A DNA stretch of 63,469 bases, the filler included, from an uncultured Clostridia bacterium (GTDB lineage: Bacteria; CAYTYR01; UBA6262), in NCBI GenBank assembly GCA_964441745.1. It is 3 parts of 3 records of this genome, joined end to end, with 100 filler letters (N's around TTAATTAATTAA, not from the genome) between each part and the next. Parts side by side here need not be neighbours in the genome. Positions count along the whole stretch, not along the records: positions 1 to 24,631 come from CAYTYR010000025.1; 2 more parts are not named here. One strand, given 5' to 3'. Below the pieces are notes generated by a model that was not told where the DNA came from, did no database searches, and worked only from the letters and a program-made list of their open reading frames with translations. This document shows positions 10,994 to 22,586 of the stretch, piece after piece. The position numbers and the translations under genes are program-made. Numbering within the stretch: position 1 is the stretch's first letter; each line of letters starts with the position of its first letter.

Positions 10994-11377
10994 ATGGTAA
11001 GCGAGACCTATACTGGCCCGGACCGCAGACGGACTCCGCGGATAAGATATGAAGGCCAGGCGCAGGTTGCCGGCAAAGGCAGCGACGGCATCATGCATTC
11101 CGAGCTGTGTTCGTTTGTGAACCTGAGCGAAGGCGGCTGTTGCGTTAAATCACCGATTGGATTCCCTGATGGGGCAGAACTTTCCATGACTTTTAAAATA
11201 CCTGGCTTGCTGAATATTTTTGTCCGGGCCACAGTCGAAGTAGCCTGGTGTACTTTATATCCAGTCGAACGGTGCTATTTGCTGGGATTATCTTTTAATA
11301 AGCTCAGTTCTTATGACCTTACTGCTGTGCGCAGTTTCATAATGACCGAGGTCAGGAATAAGAAAGAAATCGAATAG
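10994..11377 (+). CDS. stand-alone PilZ domain protein
   Basis: RRTPR and NLSEGG motifs; AAGGAG SD. Confidence 0.88.
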   Translation: MVSETYTGPDRRRTPRIRYEGQAQVAGKGSDGIMHSELCSFVNLSEGGCCVKSPIGFPDGAELSMTFKIPGLLNIFVRATVEVAWCTLYPVERCYLLGLSFNKLSSYDLTAVRSFIMTEVRNKKEIE

Positions 11378-11401
11378 TGCCCTGAAAAGTCCTGAAAAGT
11401 C

Positions 11402-11430
11402 TTGCTTTAGAGCAGAAAAGGTGCTATACT
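11402..11430 (+). promoter_or_regulatory. promoter for the tRNA-tilS-ftsH operon
   Basis: TTGCTT-17 nt-TATACT with extended TG. Confidence 0.65.
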
Positions 11431-11506
11431 ATCTCCCCGATGGAAGGCGGTTCCTTGGCCTTCCTTGTTTTATCAGGAAAAGCTAAAATACAGGCAAGAA
11501 GAAGAT

Positions 11507-11579
11507 GGCTGGGTAGCTCAGTTGGTAGAGCAGCGGACTCATAAGCCGTTGGTCGCGAGTTCAACTCTCGCCTCAGCCA
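11507..11579 (+). tRNA. tRNA with CAT anticodon (probably elongator Met; Ile2 not excluded)
   Basis: cloverleaf GGCTGGG/CTCAGCC, CTCATAA loop, TTCAA T-loop. Confidence 0.92.
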
Positions 11580-11631
11580 TTTATAAACAGCGTTCAGTGT
11601 ACAGCGTATAGCGTACAGAGCGGGGCAGGTT

Positions 11632-12996
11632 GTGTTACTTAGGGATGTTGAAGAATTCATTGAAAAACAAGGTCTTTTAAAGAAAGACGATAGGATCCTG
11701 GTGGCTGTATCCGGCGGCGTGGATTCGGTAGCCTTGTTGCGAGTGCTTAAGACGCTCAGGCTTAAATATCACTGGGATCTCCAGGTAGCGCATTTTAATC
11801 ATGCCCTGCGTGGCCAGTATGCGGATCGGGATGAAGCTTTTGTCCGCAGATTAGCCCTGTCGTACAATCTGCCTTTTCACGCACAGAAACAGGATGTGCG
11901 CAAGTATGCCCGGCAACAGGGCTTCTCTATTGAAGAAGCAGCCAGGATACTACGCTATACTTTTCTGGAAAAAACAGCCGCCGCTATTCAGGCTGATAAG
12001 ATTGCTATTGCGCACAATGCGAATGACCAGGCCGAGACAGTGTTATTGTTCCTGTTAAGGGGTACCGGTAAAACAGGGTTAGCTGGTATGCCGGTGGCGC
12101 GAGGTAAAATTGTACGCCCGCTGCTTTCCAGCTGGCGGCAGGATATAGAGACCTTTGCCCAGCGGCAAAAATTATCTTTCCGGATCGATGCTTCTAACCT
12201 GAAAACAGATTACCTGCGTAACCGGATCAGGCTGAAATTATTACCCAAATTAGCCAAACATTATAATCCTCAAATTTATCAGCATCTCCTGCAGCTTAGC
12301 GCTTTGGAACGGGAAGAAGATCAATTCCTACAGGCACAAGCTAACCGGGAAGCAGCCAAATGCCTGGAACAAAAACCCGGAGAGACTGTCCTAAATAGCA
12401 AACGTTTCTCTAAACTTCCAGTCTGGCTGCAACGGCGCTTAATCAGGATTATCGCCCCTTTGCCGTTTGAACAGGTTGAAAAGGTGCGTTATTTAGCGGC
12501 ACATCAAGGGCCGCATAAATTGTTACTTCTGGGGAATAAGCTCAATTGCCGGCGTGAATATGACAGGCTTATTTTCTCAATTATGATCCAGTCAAAGAAA
12601 GTTAAAAAAGCGGCTAGATATGGCCTATCCATACCGGGAGTGACCCAGATCCCTGAGCTTGGATTAAAAGTGGTGACCAGGAAGCTTAAAAAAACGACTA
12701 CATTTAGGATCAGCAAAAACAAGAATCTAACCTGCCTGGATGCGGCAGCTATTTCCGGACAACTACATCTGCGTACGCGGCAGCCTGGAGATCGTTTCCA
12801 ACCGTATGGCCTGGCCGGGACAAAAAAGTTAAAAGATTACTTTATGGAGCAAAAAATTGCTGCCGGAGCACGGGACCTTTTACCGGTAATCATAGATAAT
12901 CAGGGGGTTGTCAGTTTATGCACTTTAGGCCGTATTGATGATCGGGTGAAAGTAACGCCACAGACTAAAACTATCATAGAAATAGAGGTGTCTTAA
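11632..12996 (+). CDS. tilS: tRNA(Ile)-lysidine synthetase
   Basis: SGGVDS PP-loop, [16 protein letters not shown]-terminal KKLK domain. Confidence 0.96.
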   Translation: MLLRDVEEFIEKQGLLKKDDRILVAVSGGVDSVALLRVLKTLRLKYHWDLQVAHFNHALRGQYADRDEAFVRRLALSYNLPFHAQKQDVRKYARQQGFSIEEAARILRYTFLEKTAAAIQADKIAIAHNANDQAETVLLFLLRGTGKTGLAGMPVARGKIVRPLLSSWRQDIETFAQRQKLSFRIDASNLKTDYLRNRIRLKLLPKLAKHYNPQIYQHLLQLSALEREEDQFLQAQANREAAKCLEQKPGETVLNSKRFSKLPVWLQRRLIRIIAPLPFEQVEKVRYLAAHQGPHKLLLLGNKLNCRREYDRLIFSIMIQSKKVKKAARYGLSIPGVTQIPELGLKVVTRKLKKTTTFRISKNKNLTCLDAAAISGQLHLRTRQPGDRFQPYGLAGTKKLKDYFMEQKIAAGARDLLPVIIDNQGVVSLCTLGRIDDRVKVTPQTKTIIEIEVS

Positions 12997-12997
12997 A

Positions 12998-14899
12998 TTG
13001 AAAAATTTTATGAAGGGCCTAGCTTTTTGGGTATTGCTGATAATCGGGCTGACTGCCTTGTCGCAGCAAATAGGCAAAAAAGAACAAGCGGTTGACTTGC
13101 CTTATAGTACTTTTAAACAACTGATCAAGAGCGACCGGGTGATCAGCGCGGTCATTGAAGCCAAGAACAACATAATTACCGGTAAATTTTATGATGATAG
13201 CAAAAAAGAAGCTGAATTCCGCACAACTCCGGTCACTGACCCGGGGCTGGTTAGTGATTTAGAGGCCCACGGCGTTAAATTCAGCGGTGAAGCAGAGAAA
13301 ACCTGGTGGAGTTACCTGAATAATTTTATCTGGTATTTCGGCCCGGTCATCCTTTTAGTAGTTTTCTGGTTATTCATGATGAAACAAATGCAGGCTGGCG
13401 GCAAGCAGGCGATGTCGTTTGGCCGCAGTAAAGCGCGTCTGCAAAATGCTTCGGGCAAGCAAAAAGTAACATTTAAAGATGTCGCGGGCATAGATGAAGT
13501 GAAAGAAGAACTGCAGGAAATTATTGCGTTCTTAAAAGATCCGAAAAAATTCCAGAAACTGGGAGGCAAAATTCCCAAAGGTGTTTTATTATACGGCGCG
13601 CCTGGCACTGGCAAGACCCTGCTGGCTAAAGCGGTAGCTGGTGAAGCAGGAGTGCCCTTTTTCTCTTCCAGCGGCAGTGAATTTGTGGAAATGTTTGTCG
13701 GCGTCGGAGCTTCCCGGGTCCGCGATCTTTTTGAGCAAGGCAAGCGTACTGCGCCCAGCCTTTTATTTATTGATGAATTAGATGCTGTCGGACGCCATCG
13801 CGGCGCAGGTATTGGCGGCGGACATGATGAACGCGAACAAACCTTGAACCAGTTGCTGGTAGAAATGGATGGCTTTGATACCAAAGAAGGCGTGATCCTG
13901 ATTGCCGCGACGAACCGGCCGGATGTCCTTGACCCGGCGCTGCTGAGACCTGGCCGTTTTGATCGTCATATTTCTGTGGCCTCTCCTGATTTAAAGGGCC
14001 GGGAAGAGATTCTGGCTGTTCATACCCGTACCATAAAATTAGCTAAAGAAATAGATTTAAATGTCATTGCCCGGCGGACCCCTGGATTTGTCGGGGCTGA
14101 CCTGGCTAATTTAGTCAATGAAGCTGCCCTGCTGGCGGCACGTAAAGAAAAAGAAGCAGTAGAGATGAATGACCTGGAAGAAGCTATTGACCGGGTCATT
14201 GCCGGGCCCCAGCGTAAAAGCCGCCTGATCAGTGACCGGGAGAAGAAGATCATTGCCTATCATGAAAGCGGTCATGCCCTGATTGCTAAGCTTATCCCCG
14301 GCACCGATCCAGTACATAAAGTTTCTATTATCCCCCGCGGGCCGGCGCTTGGCTATACCCTGCAATTGCCTTTGGAAGACCGTTATTTGACTACCAAGGG
14401 AGAGATCCTGGACCGGTTGGCGGTATTATTAGGCGGCCGGGTAGCGGAAGAGCTTATTTTCAATGAAATTACTACCGGAGCGCATAATGACCTGGGTAAG
14501 GCTACGGAACTAACCCGCAAAATGGTCAGGGAATACGGTATGAGCGCAAAGCTTGGGCCGATGACGATGCAAAAACAGGCTGAAGAGATCTTTTTAGGAC
14601 GGGATATCACTAAAGAAAAAACATATAGTGAAAAAACAGCCGAGTTGATAGATTCTGAAGAAAAAGGGATCATTGATGAGGCGCTAGCCAGGACCCAGAA
14701 ACTGCTGAAAGATAATATCAATAAACTAAACCTGCTGGCGGCTAAACTGATCGAAAGAGAAGTGCTGGAAGGCGAAGAGTTGGAACTTGTCCTTAATGGC
14801 CAGGAATTACCGCCGCTGGCTGAGGAAAAACAACCTCAGGCTAAGAATGGATCACCCAAGGAAGAGAAAAATGGCAAAATTAAACAAACCAAAAATTGA
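12998..14899 (+). CDS. ftsH: ATP-dependent zinc metalloprotease FtsH
   Basis: two TM helices, [25 protein letters not shown]. Confidence 0.99.
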   Translation: MKNFMKGLAFWVLLIIGLTALSQQIGKKEQAVDLPYSTFKQLIKSDRVISAVIEAKNNIITGKFYDDSKKEAEFRTTPVTDPGLVSDLEAHGVKFSGEAEKTWWSYLNNFIWYFGPVILLVVFWLFMMKQMQAGGKQAMSFGRSKARLQNASGKQKVTFKDVAGIDEVKEELQEIIAFLKDPKKFQKLGGKIPKGVLLYGAPGTGKTLLAKAVAGEAGVPFFSSSGSEFVEMFVGVGASRVRDLFEQGKRTAPSLLFIDELDAVGRHRGAGIGGGHDEREQTLNQLLVEMDGFDTKEGVILIAATNRPDVLDPALLRPGRFDRHISVASPDLKGREEILAVHTRTIKLAKEIDLNVIARRTPGFVGADLANLVNEAALLAARKEKEAVEMNDLEEAIDRVIAGPQRKSRLISDREKKIIAYHESGHALIAKLIPGTDPVHKVSIIPRGPALGYTLQLPLEDRYLTTKGEILDRLAVLLGGRVAEELIFNEITTGAHNDLGKATELTRKMVREYGMSAKLGPMTMQKQAEEIFLGRDITKEKTYSEKTAELIDSEEKGIIDEALARTQKLLKDNINKLNLLAAKLIEREVLEGEELELVLNGQELPPLAEEKQPQAKNGSPKEEKNGKIKQTKN

Positions 14900-15440
14900 A
14901 AAAGCTGTCCTGGCTATCCTGGAAGCGATCGGTGATGACCCAAAGCGCGAGGGACTGGTAGGCACTCCCCGGCGGGTAGCTGATATGTATGAAGAGATCT
15001 TTGCGGGATTGCATCGTGATCCAGCCGCAGACCTGGAAGTATATTATGAAAAAGAAGATTATTCAGAAATTGTGCTGGTTCGGGACATTCCCTTATATTC
15101 CATGTGTGAACATCATTTAATCCCTTTTTTTGGGAAGGCTCATGTCGCCTATTTGCCGCAAAAGGGAAGACTTACCGGATTGTCCAAGATCGTCAGGGTA
15201 GTGGATACTATTTCCCGCCGTCCGCAATTACAGGAGCGGTTGTCCATGATGATCGCTGATACGCTGATGAAGGCAGTCAAGCCCCAGGGTGTAATGGTGA
15301 TCATTGAAGCAGAACATTTCTGCATGACGATGAGAGGCATTAAAAAGCCCGGGTCAAAGACAGTCACCAGCGCGATGCGGGGTATCTTCCTGAAAGATGC
15401 CAGAACCAGGGCCGAAGCATTATCTTTAATAAACAAATAA
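14871..15440 (+). CDS. folE: GTP cyclohydrolase I
   Basis: TPRRVA, CEHH, GLSK, QLQERL and HFCM motifs; start reassigned to ATG 14871. Confidence 0.96.
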   Translation: MAKLNKPKIEKAVLAILEAIGDDPKREGLVGTPRRVADMYEEIFAGLHRDPAADLEVYYEKEDYSEIVLVRDIPLYSMCEHHLIPFFGKAHVAYLPQKGRLTGLSKIVRVVDTISRRPQLQERLSMMIADTLMKAVKPQGVMVIIEAEHFCMTMRGIKKPGSKTVTSAMRGIFLKDARTRAEALSLINK

Positions 15441-15445
15441 ATACT

Positions 15446-15575
15446 AATTTCGAATATCTAAACTCTAAACAAATTCAAATTTCAAAATCCAAATGTTCAA
15501 AACACAGCAATGGTTTAAAATTTAGAGCTTTGAATTTCGAGTTTGTTTAGGATTTAGATATTAGAGTTTAGAACT
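15446..15575. repeat. 7-nt-period degenerate repeats in inverted arms
   Basis: aatttcg-aatatct-aaactct... mirrored by ...atttagatattagagtttagaactt. Confidence 0.75.
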
Positions 15576-15596
15576 TGTACCTAAGATGGTGGTTTT

Positions 15597-16751
15597 ATGC
15601 GTTCAGCGAGAGTCTTAGCAGTCGCAGATATCAAAAAGGAGATGGCCAAGATAGGCGTAGATCCTTATGGTATCAAGTTGATGGCTGGTAAGGCAGACTT
15701 GCTGGTGGTTAAGATCGAAAAGATCGATCATCGCGCGGCCAATATCCTGAAACAAGACATGCTTTCCCTGGGAGGGGAAACAGCTTGTACCCGTACCGTA
15801 ATGTCCCTGAAGCCAGGAAGCGCTCCAGCCTTATTGATCGGAACCCCGGCCCAATACCGCAAACTAATCTTCAAATTGCAGTACCAGCCTTTTGGACTGA
15901 AAGAACTCTCTCTACAAATAAAAGAGACAATGGATAATTATTTTCAACGGGTTAAAAAAGTACAAATCATGGGTATCCTGAATGTTACTCCTGATTCTTT
16001 CTCTGATGGTGGTAAATATCTTGCCCCAGGAACTGCGGTGAACAGGGCTTTAGCCATGGCCAAAGAAGGTGCAGATATTATTGATCTTGGCGGGGAATCC
16101 AGCCGTCCCGGCAGTATTCCTATATCCGCCAAAGAAGAACTAGCCAGGGTTTTACCGGTATTAAAAGAGATTGTTAAAAAAAGTAAAGTGCCAGTCTCTA
16201 TTGATACATATAAATCAACAGTGGCTAGTGCTTGCCTGGCACATGGTGCCAGCATAATTAATGATATTTCTGCTTTGCGCTTTGACCGGGGCATGGCCAA
16301 AGTAGCAATCAAATATAAAGCTAAATTAGTGCTGATGCATATGCAAGGGACACCGCGCCAGATGCAGAAAAGTCCGCATTATCAGGATGTGGTCAGCGAA
16401 GTGTTCCAGTTTTTGGAGGAAAGGATACAGTACGCCATGACCCAGGGGATAGCCAGGGGAAATCTTATTATTGACCCTGGTATTGGTTTTGGCAAAAACA
16501 TGGAACATAATTTAGCCCTGTTGCAAAAACTGCCGGAATTTAAATCACTCGGGGTGCCGGTTCTATTAGGAGTATCGCGTAAATCCATGATTGGCAGCAT
16601 CTTAGGCCATAGTCCGGGGGAACGTTTGAACGGCAGTCTGGCTGCTGCTGCCTGGGGTTATTTGCATGGAGCAAGTATATTGCGCGTGCATGATGTGCAA
16701 GCGACTAAAGAGTTAATTAGCGTATTAAATGCGATAAAAAGAGGTGACTAA
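15597..16751 (+). CDS. folP: dihydropteroate synthase with N-terminal extension
   Basis: MGILNVTPDSFSDGG, DPGIGF, SRKS and RVHDV motifs. Confidence 0.96.
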   Translation: MRSARVLAVADIKKEMAKIGVDPYGIKLMAGKADLLVVKIEKIDHRAANILKQDMLSLGGETACTRTVMSLKPGSAPALLIGTPAQYRKLIFKLQYQPFGLKELSLQIKETMDNYFQRVKKVQIMGILNVTPDSFSDGGKYLAPGTAVNRALAMAKEGADIIDLGGESSRPGSIPISAKEELARVLPVLKEIVKKSKVPVSIDTYKSTVASACLAHGASIINDISALRFDRGMAKVAIKYKAKLVLMHMQGTPRQMQKSPHYQDVVSEVFQFLEERIQYAMTQGIARGNLIIDPGIGFGKNMEHNLALLQKLPEFKSLGVPVLLGVSRKSMIGSILGHSPGERLNGSLAAAAWGYLHGASILRVHDVQATKELISVLNAIKRGD

Positions 16752-17644
16752 TGCCGGTAATACCTTTTATCATCAGGGATGTGGCTAGCGGGACTATAGA
16801 TATTATTATTGTCACATTTTTGTTTTACAAGTTATTCATGCTGATCAGGGATACCCGAGCGGTACAGGTATTGAAGGGATTAATAGTTCTTTCTATTGTC
16901 ACGGTTTTCGCTCAGATCCTGCAATTGCCGGTCCTGCGCTGGATCATGGGCGGTTTCTGGACCATCGGCGTAATTACTGCTATTATTGTTTTCCAGCCTG
17001 AATTACGCAATGCCCTGGCGCAAATTGGGGCGAATCGCTTTACTAATATTTTCCTGCGTCCTGAGTTTGTCACAGAAATAGGTAAAGCTGTTGAAGTCTG
17101 TTCTGCTAAAAAAATGGGAGCAATTATTGCGTTGGAAAGGGCTACCGGATTGCGCAATTATATTGAAAGCGGGGCTAAGATCAACAGTGAAGTCACGGCT
17201 GAACTGCTCAGCACAATTTTTACCCCAAATTCCCCATTGCATGACGGGGCAGTTATTATCAGGAATGATCGGATAGCGGCAGCGGCTTGTATCCTGCCAT
17301 TATCCAAAAGTACTAATCTGCCGAAATCTGTAGGAACCAGGCATCGGGCAGCATTAGGCTTGACCGAAGAAACTGATGCGGCGGTAATTGTAGTCAGTGA
17401 AGAGACCGGGGATATCGCTTTGGTCCATGATAAGAAAATATTATCAAACTTAAGCGTTGAGACTCTGGAAAAAGAGATTACGAATTTATATGCCAGCGCC
17501 AATACTGTCAATAAACGCTTCCATTGGCAGTTACGTCCCAGCTTTAACCGGCGGGATATGGTTAGTAATCTGGATGTCAAGTTGATTTCCTTTTTATTGG
17601 CTTTACTTTTGTGGGCGTATGTTAAATATTATTTAGGACACTGA
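16751..17644 (+). CDS. cdaA: diadenylate cyclase CdaA (DacA)
   Basis: three N-terminal TM helices, FQPELR, LHDGA, GTRHRAA, VSEETG. Confidence 0.95.
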   Translation: MPVIPFIIRDVASGTIDIIIVTFLFYKLFMLIRDTRAVQVLKGLIVLSIVTVFAQILQLPVLRWIMGGFWTIGVITAIIVFQPELRNALAQIGANRFTNIFLRPEFVTEIGKAVEVCSAKKMGAIIALERATGLRNYIESGAKINSEVTAELLSTIFTPNSPLHDGAVIIRNDRIAAAACILPLSKSTNLPKSVGTRHRAALGLTEETDAAVIVVSEETGDIALVHDKKILSNLSVETLEKEITNLYASANTVNKRFHWQLRPSFNRRDMVSNLDVKLISFLLALLLWAYVKYYLGH

Positions 17645-17758
17645 AAATAAAGGCGCTAAAAACAAGAACGCATCTGGCGTATAGCTAATGGCAAAAGCAA
17701 AGAAGACAATGCTTCTGCTATAGGCCATAAGCCATTTGCCATAAGCGAGGTTATTGTA

Positions 17759-18472
17759 GTGACTATTTTGTGTGTGAATATTGATCATGTGGCGACACTA
17801 AGGCAGGCGCGCGGGGGATTTGAGCCGAGTCTGCTGGAAGCAGCCAGGATAGCAGAAAAGGCCGGAGCCCGCGGTATTACTGTACATTTGCGTGAAGATA
17901 GACGGCATATCCAGGACCAGGATGTTTATGATTTACGCCAGGCTATCCAAACTAAGTTAAACCTGGAGATGGCTGCGACTGAAGAAATAATTAATATTGC
18001 TTTAAAAGTCGGCCCGGATATGGTGACACTGGTGCCGGAAAAAAGAAAAGAACTGACTACTGAAGGAGGGTTGGATGTAGTGCAGGGGGAAAAAGCCTTA
18101 AAAAAGGCTATCCAGCGCTTTCATCAGAAAGGTATCCCTGTAAGTTTGTTTATTGCGCCTGACTTAAAGCAGGTCAAAGCCAGTGCGAAAAGCGGGGCAG
18201 ATATTATTGAACTACATACCGGCTTTTATGCTAATGCCAGCACGAAAAAGCAGCAAGCTAACGAATTAATAAAATTGCGGCAAGCCGCTCAACTGGCTTT
18301 AAAATTGCAGTTGGATCTCAATGCTGGTCATGGTTTGGATTATAATAATGTTCATCCAGTAGCTGTTATTAAAGGCATGCGGGAACTGAATATTGGGCAT
18401 AGTATTATCTCCCGGGCGGTATTTACCGGCCTAGATAAAGCAGTAAAAAAAATGATCAGCTTAATTAAATAG
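17759..18472 (+). CDS. pdxJ: pyridoxine 5'-phosphate synthase
   Basis: [24 protein letters not shown] and AGHGL motifs. Confidence 0.98.
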   Translation: MTILCVNIDHVATLRQARGGFEPSLLEAARIAEKAGARGITVHLREDRRHIQDQDVYDLRQAIQTKLNLEMAATEEIINIALKVGPDMVTLVPEKRKELTTEGGLDVVQGEKALKKAIQRFHQKGIPVSLFIAPDLKQVKASAKSGADIIELHTGFYANASTKKQQANELIKLRQAAQLALKLQLDLNAGHGLDYNNVHPVAVIKGMRELNIGHSIISRAVFTGLDKAVKKMISLIK

Positions 18473-18520
18473 TATTTACTATCAATAATGAACTATGAAC
18501 TAATTTCCGGAGGAAATTCT

Positions 18521-20350
18521 ATGTGCGGGATTGTCGGTTACATTGGGAAAAAAGATGCTATCAGTATACTTATTGACGGCTTAAAACGGCTGGAATACCG
18601 GGGGTATGATTCAGCCGGGGTAGCAGTGCTCCAGGATGGCCAGATCCAGTTACGGCGCAGTGCCGGCAAGCTTGCTAATTTAGAAGAAGCAGTTATCCAA
18701 AACCCGTTGGCCGGGACAATTGGCATTGGTCATACCCGTTGGGCGACCCATGGCAAACCAAGTGAAGAGAATGCCCACCCGCATACTGATTGCACCGGCG
18801 ATCTGGTAGTCGTGCATAATGGCATTATTGAAAATTATCATCTCCTGAAAAAACAATTGATCCAGGAAGGACATACTTTTAAGAGTGAAACTGATACAGA
18901 AGTGATCGCCCATTTACTGGAAAAACATTTTAAGGGAGATCTGCATAAGGCCTTGCAGGAAACCTTGCAGGAGCTGGATGGATCATATGCTTTAGCCGTT
19001 ATTTCTAAAAAAGATCCTCATGCCGTTGTCGCAGCCCGCAATGGCAGTCCCTTGATCTTAGGAGTAGGTGAAGATGAATATTTTATTGCCAGTGATGTCC
19101 CCGCGATCCTCCAGCGGACCAGGAAGATTATCTATCTGGATGACGGGGAAACTGCCCGGCTAACACTTGACGGGATTGTTGTTTATAATCCAGCCGGAAG
19201 CGAAGTTAAGAAGAAGATCCATACTATTACCTGGGACCCGATTATGGCTGAAAAGGCCGGCTTTAAGCACTTTATGCTAAAGGAGATTTTTGAACAACCA
19301 CGGGTGATCCGTGACACTTTCCGCGGTCGGGTTATACCAGAAGAAGGGGAAGTTTTCCTGGAAGAAGTACAACTGGAGACTGCTTATGTCCAGGAGATAA
19401 ATAAAATATTTATTGTGGCTTGCGGCACCAGTTATCATGCCGGCATGGTTGGCAAATATTTATTTGAAGACCACCTGCGCCTTCCGAGTGAAGTTGATAT
19501 TGCCAGTGAATTCCGCTACCGCAATCCGATCATTGACAGTAAAACACTAGTTATTGTCATCTCCCAATCAGGCGAAACAGCTGATACCCTGGCTGGCTTA
19601 AGGGAAGCCAAAGCTAAAGGCAGTAAAGTGTTAGCTATCTGCAATGTTGTAGGAAGCACTATCACCAGGGAAGCAGACGGTACGATCTATACCCATGCTG
19701 GGCCGGAGATCGGAGTCGCTTCTACTAAAGCTTTTACCGCCCAATTAACAGCTCTTTATATTGTTCTCTTGTATCTAGGCCGCAAGCGCGGGATCATGTC
19801 TAAAGAAGAAGCGCGCCAGATCATTGAAAAAATGATGCATATCCCTTCCCAGGTAGAAAAGATTTTGGAACTGGATGAGGAGATCTTGAAAATTTCCCAT
19901 GGATTTTTTAAGAAAGCTGATTTTCTCTACTTGGGACGCAATGTTAATTACCCGATTGCCCTGGAAGGAGCTTTAAAACTAAAAGAAATTTCCTATATTC
20001 ACGCTGAAGGTTATCCGGCCGGCGAAATGAAACATGGCCCTATTGCCTTGATCGATGAAAATATGCCGGTTCTGGCTATTGCCACCAAATGCAAAACCTA
20101 TGAAAAAGTATTATCCAATATTGAAGAGGTCAAGGCCCGTGACGGTATTGTGATCGCCCTGGCCTCCGAGGGGGATGAAAATATTAAGAAAAAAGCCGGC
20201 TATGTCATCTATGTGCCGGAAACCCTGGAAATACTCTCGCCGCTGCTCAATGTGATCCCGTTGCAATTATTAGCCTATCATATTGCCGTTCGGCGCGGTT
20301 GTGATGTAGACCAGCCGAGGAATTTAGCTAAATCAGTAACAGTGGAATAA
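18521..20350 (+). CDS. glmS: glutamine-fructose-6-phosphate aminotransferase
   Basis: MCGIVG start after [25 protein letters not shown]. Confidence 0.99.
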   Translation: MCGIVGYIGKKDAISILIDGLKRLEYRGYDSAGVAVLQDGQIQLRRSAGKLANLEEAVIQNPLAGTIGIGHTRWATHGKPSEENAHPHTDCTGDLVVVHNGIIENYHLLKKQLIQEGHTFKSETDTEVIAHLLEKHFKGDLHKALQETLQELDGSYALAVISKKDPHAVVAARNGSPLILGVGEDEYFIASDVPAILQRTRKIIYLDDGETARLTLDGIVVYNPAGSEVKKKIHTITWDPIMAEKAGFKHFMLKEIFEQPRVIRDTFRGRVIPEEGEVFLEEVQLETAYVQEINKIFIVACGTSYHAGMVGKYLFEDHLRLPSEVDIASEFRYRNPIIDSKTLVIVISQSGETADTLAGLREAKAKGSKVLAICNVVGSTITREADGTIYTHAGPEIGVASTKAFTAQLTALYIVLLYLGRKRGIMSKEEARQIIEKMMHIPSQVEKILELDEEILKISHGFFKKADFLYLGRNVNYPIALEGALKLKEISYIHAEGYPAGEMKHGPIALIDENMPVLAIATKCKTYEKVLSNIEEVKARDGIVIALASEGDENIKKKAGYVIYVPETLEILSPLLNVIPLQLLAYHIAVRRGCDVDQPRNLAKSVTVE

Positions 20351-20352
20351 CT

Positions 20353-21039
20353 ATGAAAGTTTTTGCTCATCGCGGATTTTCCGGTAAATATCCAGAAAAC
20401 ACCAGGCTGGCTTTTGACCAGGCTCATGAACTTGGAGTCGATGGCTTTGAGTTGGACATCCAGCTGTCCAGGGATCAGAAAATAGTTGTTTTTCATGACC
20501 AAACGCTCGAGAGGACAACAAACGGAAAAGGCCGGCTGGCCAAGCATACCCTGCTTGAGTTAAAGCAGTATGATGCTGGGCAGGGAGAACATATCCCGGC
20601 TTTGGCTGAGTTGCTAAAATCCTATTATCTCGGTCCGCAATTAATTATCGAGTTAAAATATTTTACCGCCAGGGATTACCAGCCCCTGGTCGAAGCGTTA
20701 GTAAAATTATTAAAAAGATATAAATTAAAATATCCGCCGGTCATCTGTTCATTTAACTGGCCAGCGCTGGCCTACTTACGGAGTAAGAGCCGGAGTATTA
20801 ATATTGCGGTATTGCATGATCATAAACCATTTCCCCAGGTGCTTAAAATCGCTAAGTTGTTAAAGGCCTGTGCCATTTCTACCCCTATCAACGAAGTAAG
20901 CAGTAGAAAAGCTGCCCTGACTAAAGCCGCTGGGCTGAACATGTATGTTTGGACCGTAAATTCAAAAAAACAAGCAGCATTTTGCCGGCAATTAGGAGTA
21001 TTTGGTGTGATCTCAAATTCCCCTGACGAGGTGAGGTGA
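20353..21039 (+). CDS. glycerophosphodiester phosphodiesterase
   Basis: AHRG, PENT, ELD, HD, IELK and WTVN motifs. Confidence 0.93.
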   Translation: MKVFAHRGFSGKYPENTRLAFDQAHELGVDGFELDIQLSRDQKIVVFHDQTLERTTNGKGRLAKHTLLELKQYDAGQGEHIPALAELLKSYYLGPQLIIELKYFTARDYQPLVEALVKLLKRYKLKYPPVICSFNWPALAYLRSKSRSINIAVLHDHKPFPQVLKIAKLLKACAISTPINEVSSRKAALTKAAGLNMYVWTVNSKKQAAFCRQLGVFGVISNSPDEVR

Positions 21040-21043
21040 GACT

Positions 21044-22429
21044 GTGAAAATAGAATTAACTTACGGCAAAGACAAAATTATCCTGGATATAGATAATCCC
21101 TTCTTAGCTGGCCCTTTGATCAAACCGAAAGTGAGCCAGGCTCTCCCGGGAACCCCGTGCGAAATCATCAGCCAGAGTTTTCTGACCCCTAAAAATCGTC
21201 CGCCGCTGCGTAATGTGGTTAAAGGGCAACGCGTAGGGCTCGTCGTATCCGATGAATTGCGGGTTGGCTTGCAGGAACAAATAATTTCCTGCCTTTTAGC
21301 GGAAATTGCCGCTGGCTCTCCTGCCGAAGTATTAGTCTTCATTGCTACCGGTTCCCATCACCCTGAAATATATGCTAAAAATATCACTGCCTGGATCCAC
21401 CAGTATGCCCAGGGACTTAAACTTTCCTATCAAATCTTTCCTAACCAATGTGAACGCCAGGATGATTATATCAATCTGGGGCAAACTACCTATCATACAC
21501 CGGTTTATGTCCATAAAATGTGGCTTTCCTGCCCGGTCAGGGTGCATGGCCATGAAGCTAAATATCACTACATGAATGGTTATTCCTGTATTGATAAGCA
21601 TATTGTGCCTGGTTTATCTGCCCATGCGTCTATCCAGGCTAACCATAAGCTGGCTTTGCACCATCATGACTCCGTAGCTGGCAAGAATGCCTGGCATCAG
21701 GACCTGTATCGCCAGAATAATCCATTTTCACAAGATAACAAGCAGTGCCGTAAAATGAGCGAAAGATTCATCTATGACCAGGTAACTGGTACGGTTAAAG
21801 AAGCAGAAGTTATTACTTTTGGGCTGGATATGGTCAGCCAGAAAGACAAAATCTTTTGGATCGACTGTGGTGATCCAGACCTGGTCTGCCAGGATGTCAC
21901 TGTGGCGGTAGATAAATACCTGGGATTTGAAGTGGAAAAGACAAAATATTTAGTGCAGTCTCCTGGTGGTCCACCAGCCAGTGAAACCCTGTATTATGTC
22001 CAGAATGGCTTTGATATGGTCATTAAAGGAGCTCTTTTGCCGGGAGGTGAAGCCCTGGTTTTGGCTCCGTGCAACGGCCGGCCGGAGGTGCCGGAAAATA
22101 TCCGCGGTATCTGTCCTGATCCAGAGTCAATGGAATTATTCTGGAATACCCTGGTGGCCTATCTGGATAAACCTCTATCCGAATGGATAAGTTTTGTCGA
22201 TAAGAATTTTAAGCTTTTTATGTGGAAAACTGACCGGGTTATTAAATTATTTAAGGATTCCGGGATTAAAATATACCTTTATTCCCAGTTACCGGATGAA
22301 GTGGTGCGTAAAGGGGGCTTTATTCCTGTGCCTGATCCGCAAAAGTGGATCGAGGAAAGGGCAGCCCGGAACGACGGTAAAATACGTTGCGTAGATGAAG
22401 CGAATAAACTGTGCGTACTTGGAAAATAA
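21044..22429 (+). CDS. LarA-family (nickel-pincer racemase/epimerase) protein
   Basis: LTYG start; SDELR, ATGSH, HYMNGYS..DK, ANH and SPGG motifs match the LarA/DUF2088 pattern. Confidence 0.75.
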   Translation: MKIELTYGKDKIILDIDNPFLAGPLIKPKVSQALPGTPCEIISQSFLTPKNRPPLRNVVKGQRVGLVVSDELRVGLQEQIISCLLAEIAAGSPAEVLVFIATGSHHPEIYAKNITAWIHQYAQGLKLSYQIFPNQCERQDDYINLGQTTYHTPVYVHKMWLSCPVRVHGHEAKYHYMNGYSCIDKHIVPGLSAHASIQANHKLALHHHDSVAGKNAWHQDLYRQNNPFSQDNKQCRKMSERFIYDQVTGTVKEAEVITFGLDMVSQKDKIFWIDCGDPDLVCQDVTVAVDKYLGFEVEKTKYLVQSPGGPPASETLYYVQNGFDMVIKGALLPGGEALVLAPCNGRPEVPENIRGICPDPESMELFWNTLVAYLDKPLSEWISFVDKNFKLFMWKTDRVIKLFKDSGIKIYLYSQLPDEVVRKGGFIPVPDPQKWIEERAARNDGKIRCVDEANKLCVLGK

Positions 22430-22433
22430 AGGC

Positions 22434-22567
22434 AATTATGAGTTTTGAATTTTGAGTTTTAAATTAATGTAAAAAGCTTTTTACCTAAACTCAAAACTTA
22501 CCTGTCCCCGCGTCATTGATTTGTCCTTTAAGACAAATCAGCAGGGGAAAACTTATAACTCAAAACT
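22434..22567. repeat. 7-nt inverted repeat arms with a nested 48-nt palindromic cassette (22501-22548)
   Basis: agttttg-aattttg-agtttta ... aactcaa-aactta[cassette]a-aacttat-aactcaa. Confidence 0.8.
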
Positions 22568-22586
22568 GGTTTTAAGGGTTAAGATT

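Noticed and set aside
11507-11579. tRNA-CAT beside tilS as a novel enzyme-substrate (Ile2) pairing
   Set aside because: The sequence looks at least as much like elongator Met, and tRNAs between divIC and tilS are a familiar arrangement; needs tRNAscan-SE isotype models.
18473-18520. glmS ribozyme
   Set aside because: The spacer is only about 48 nt and lacks the ribozyme core.
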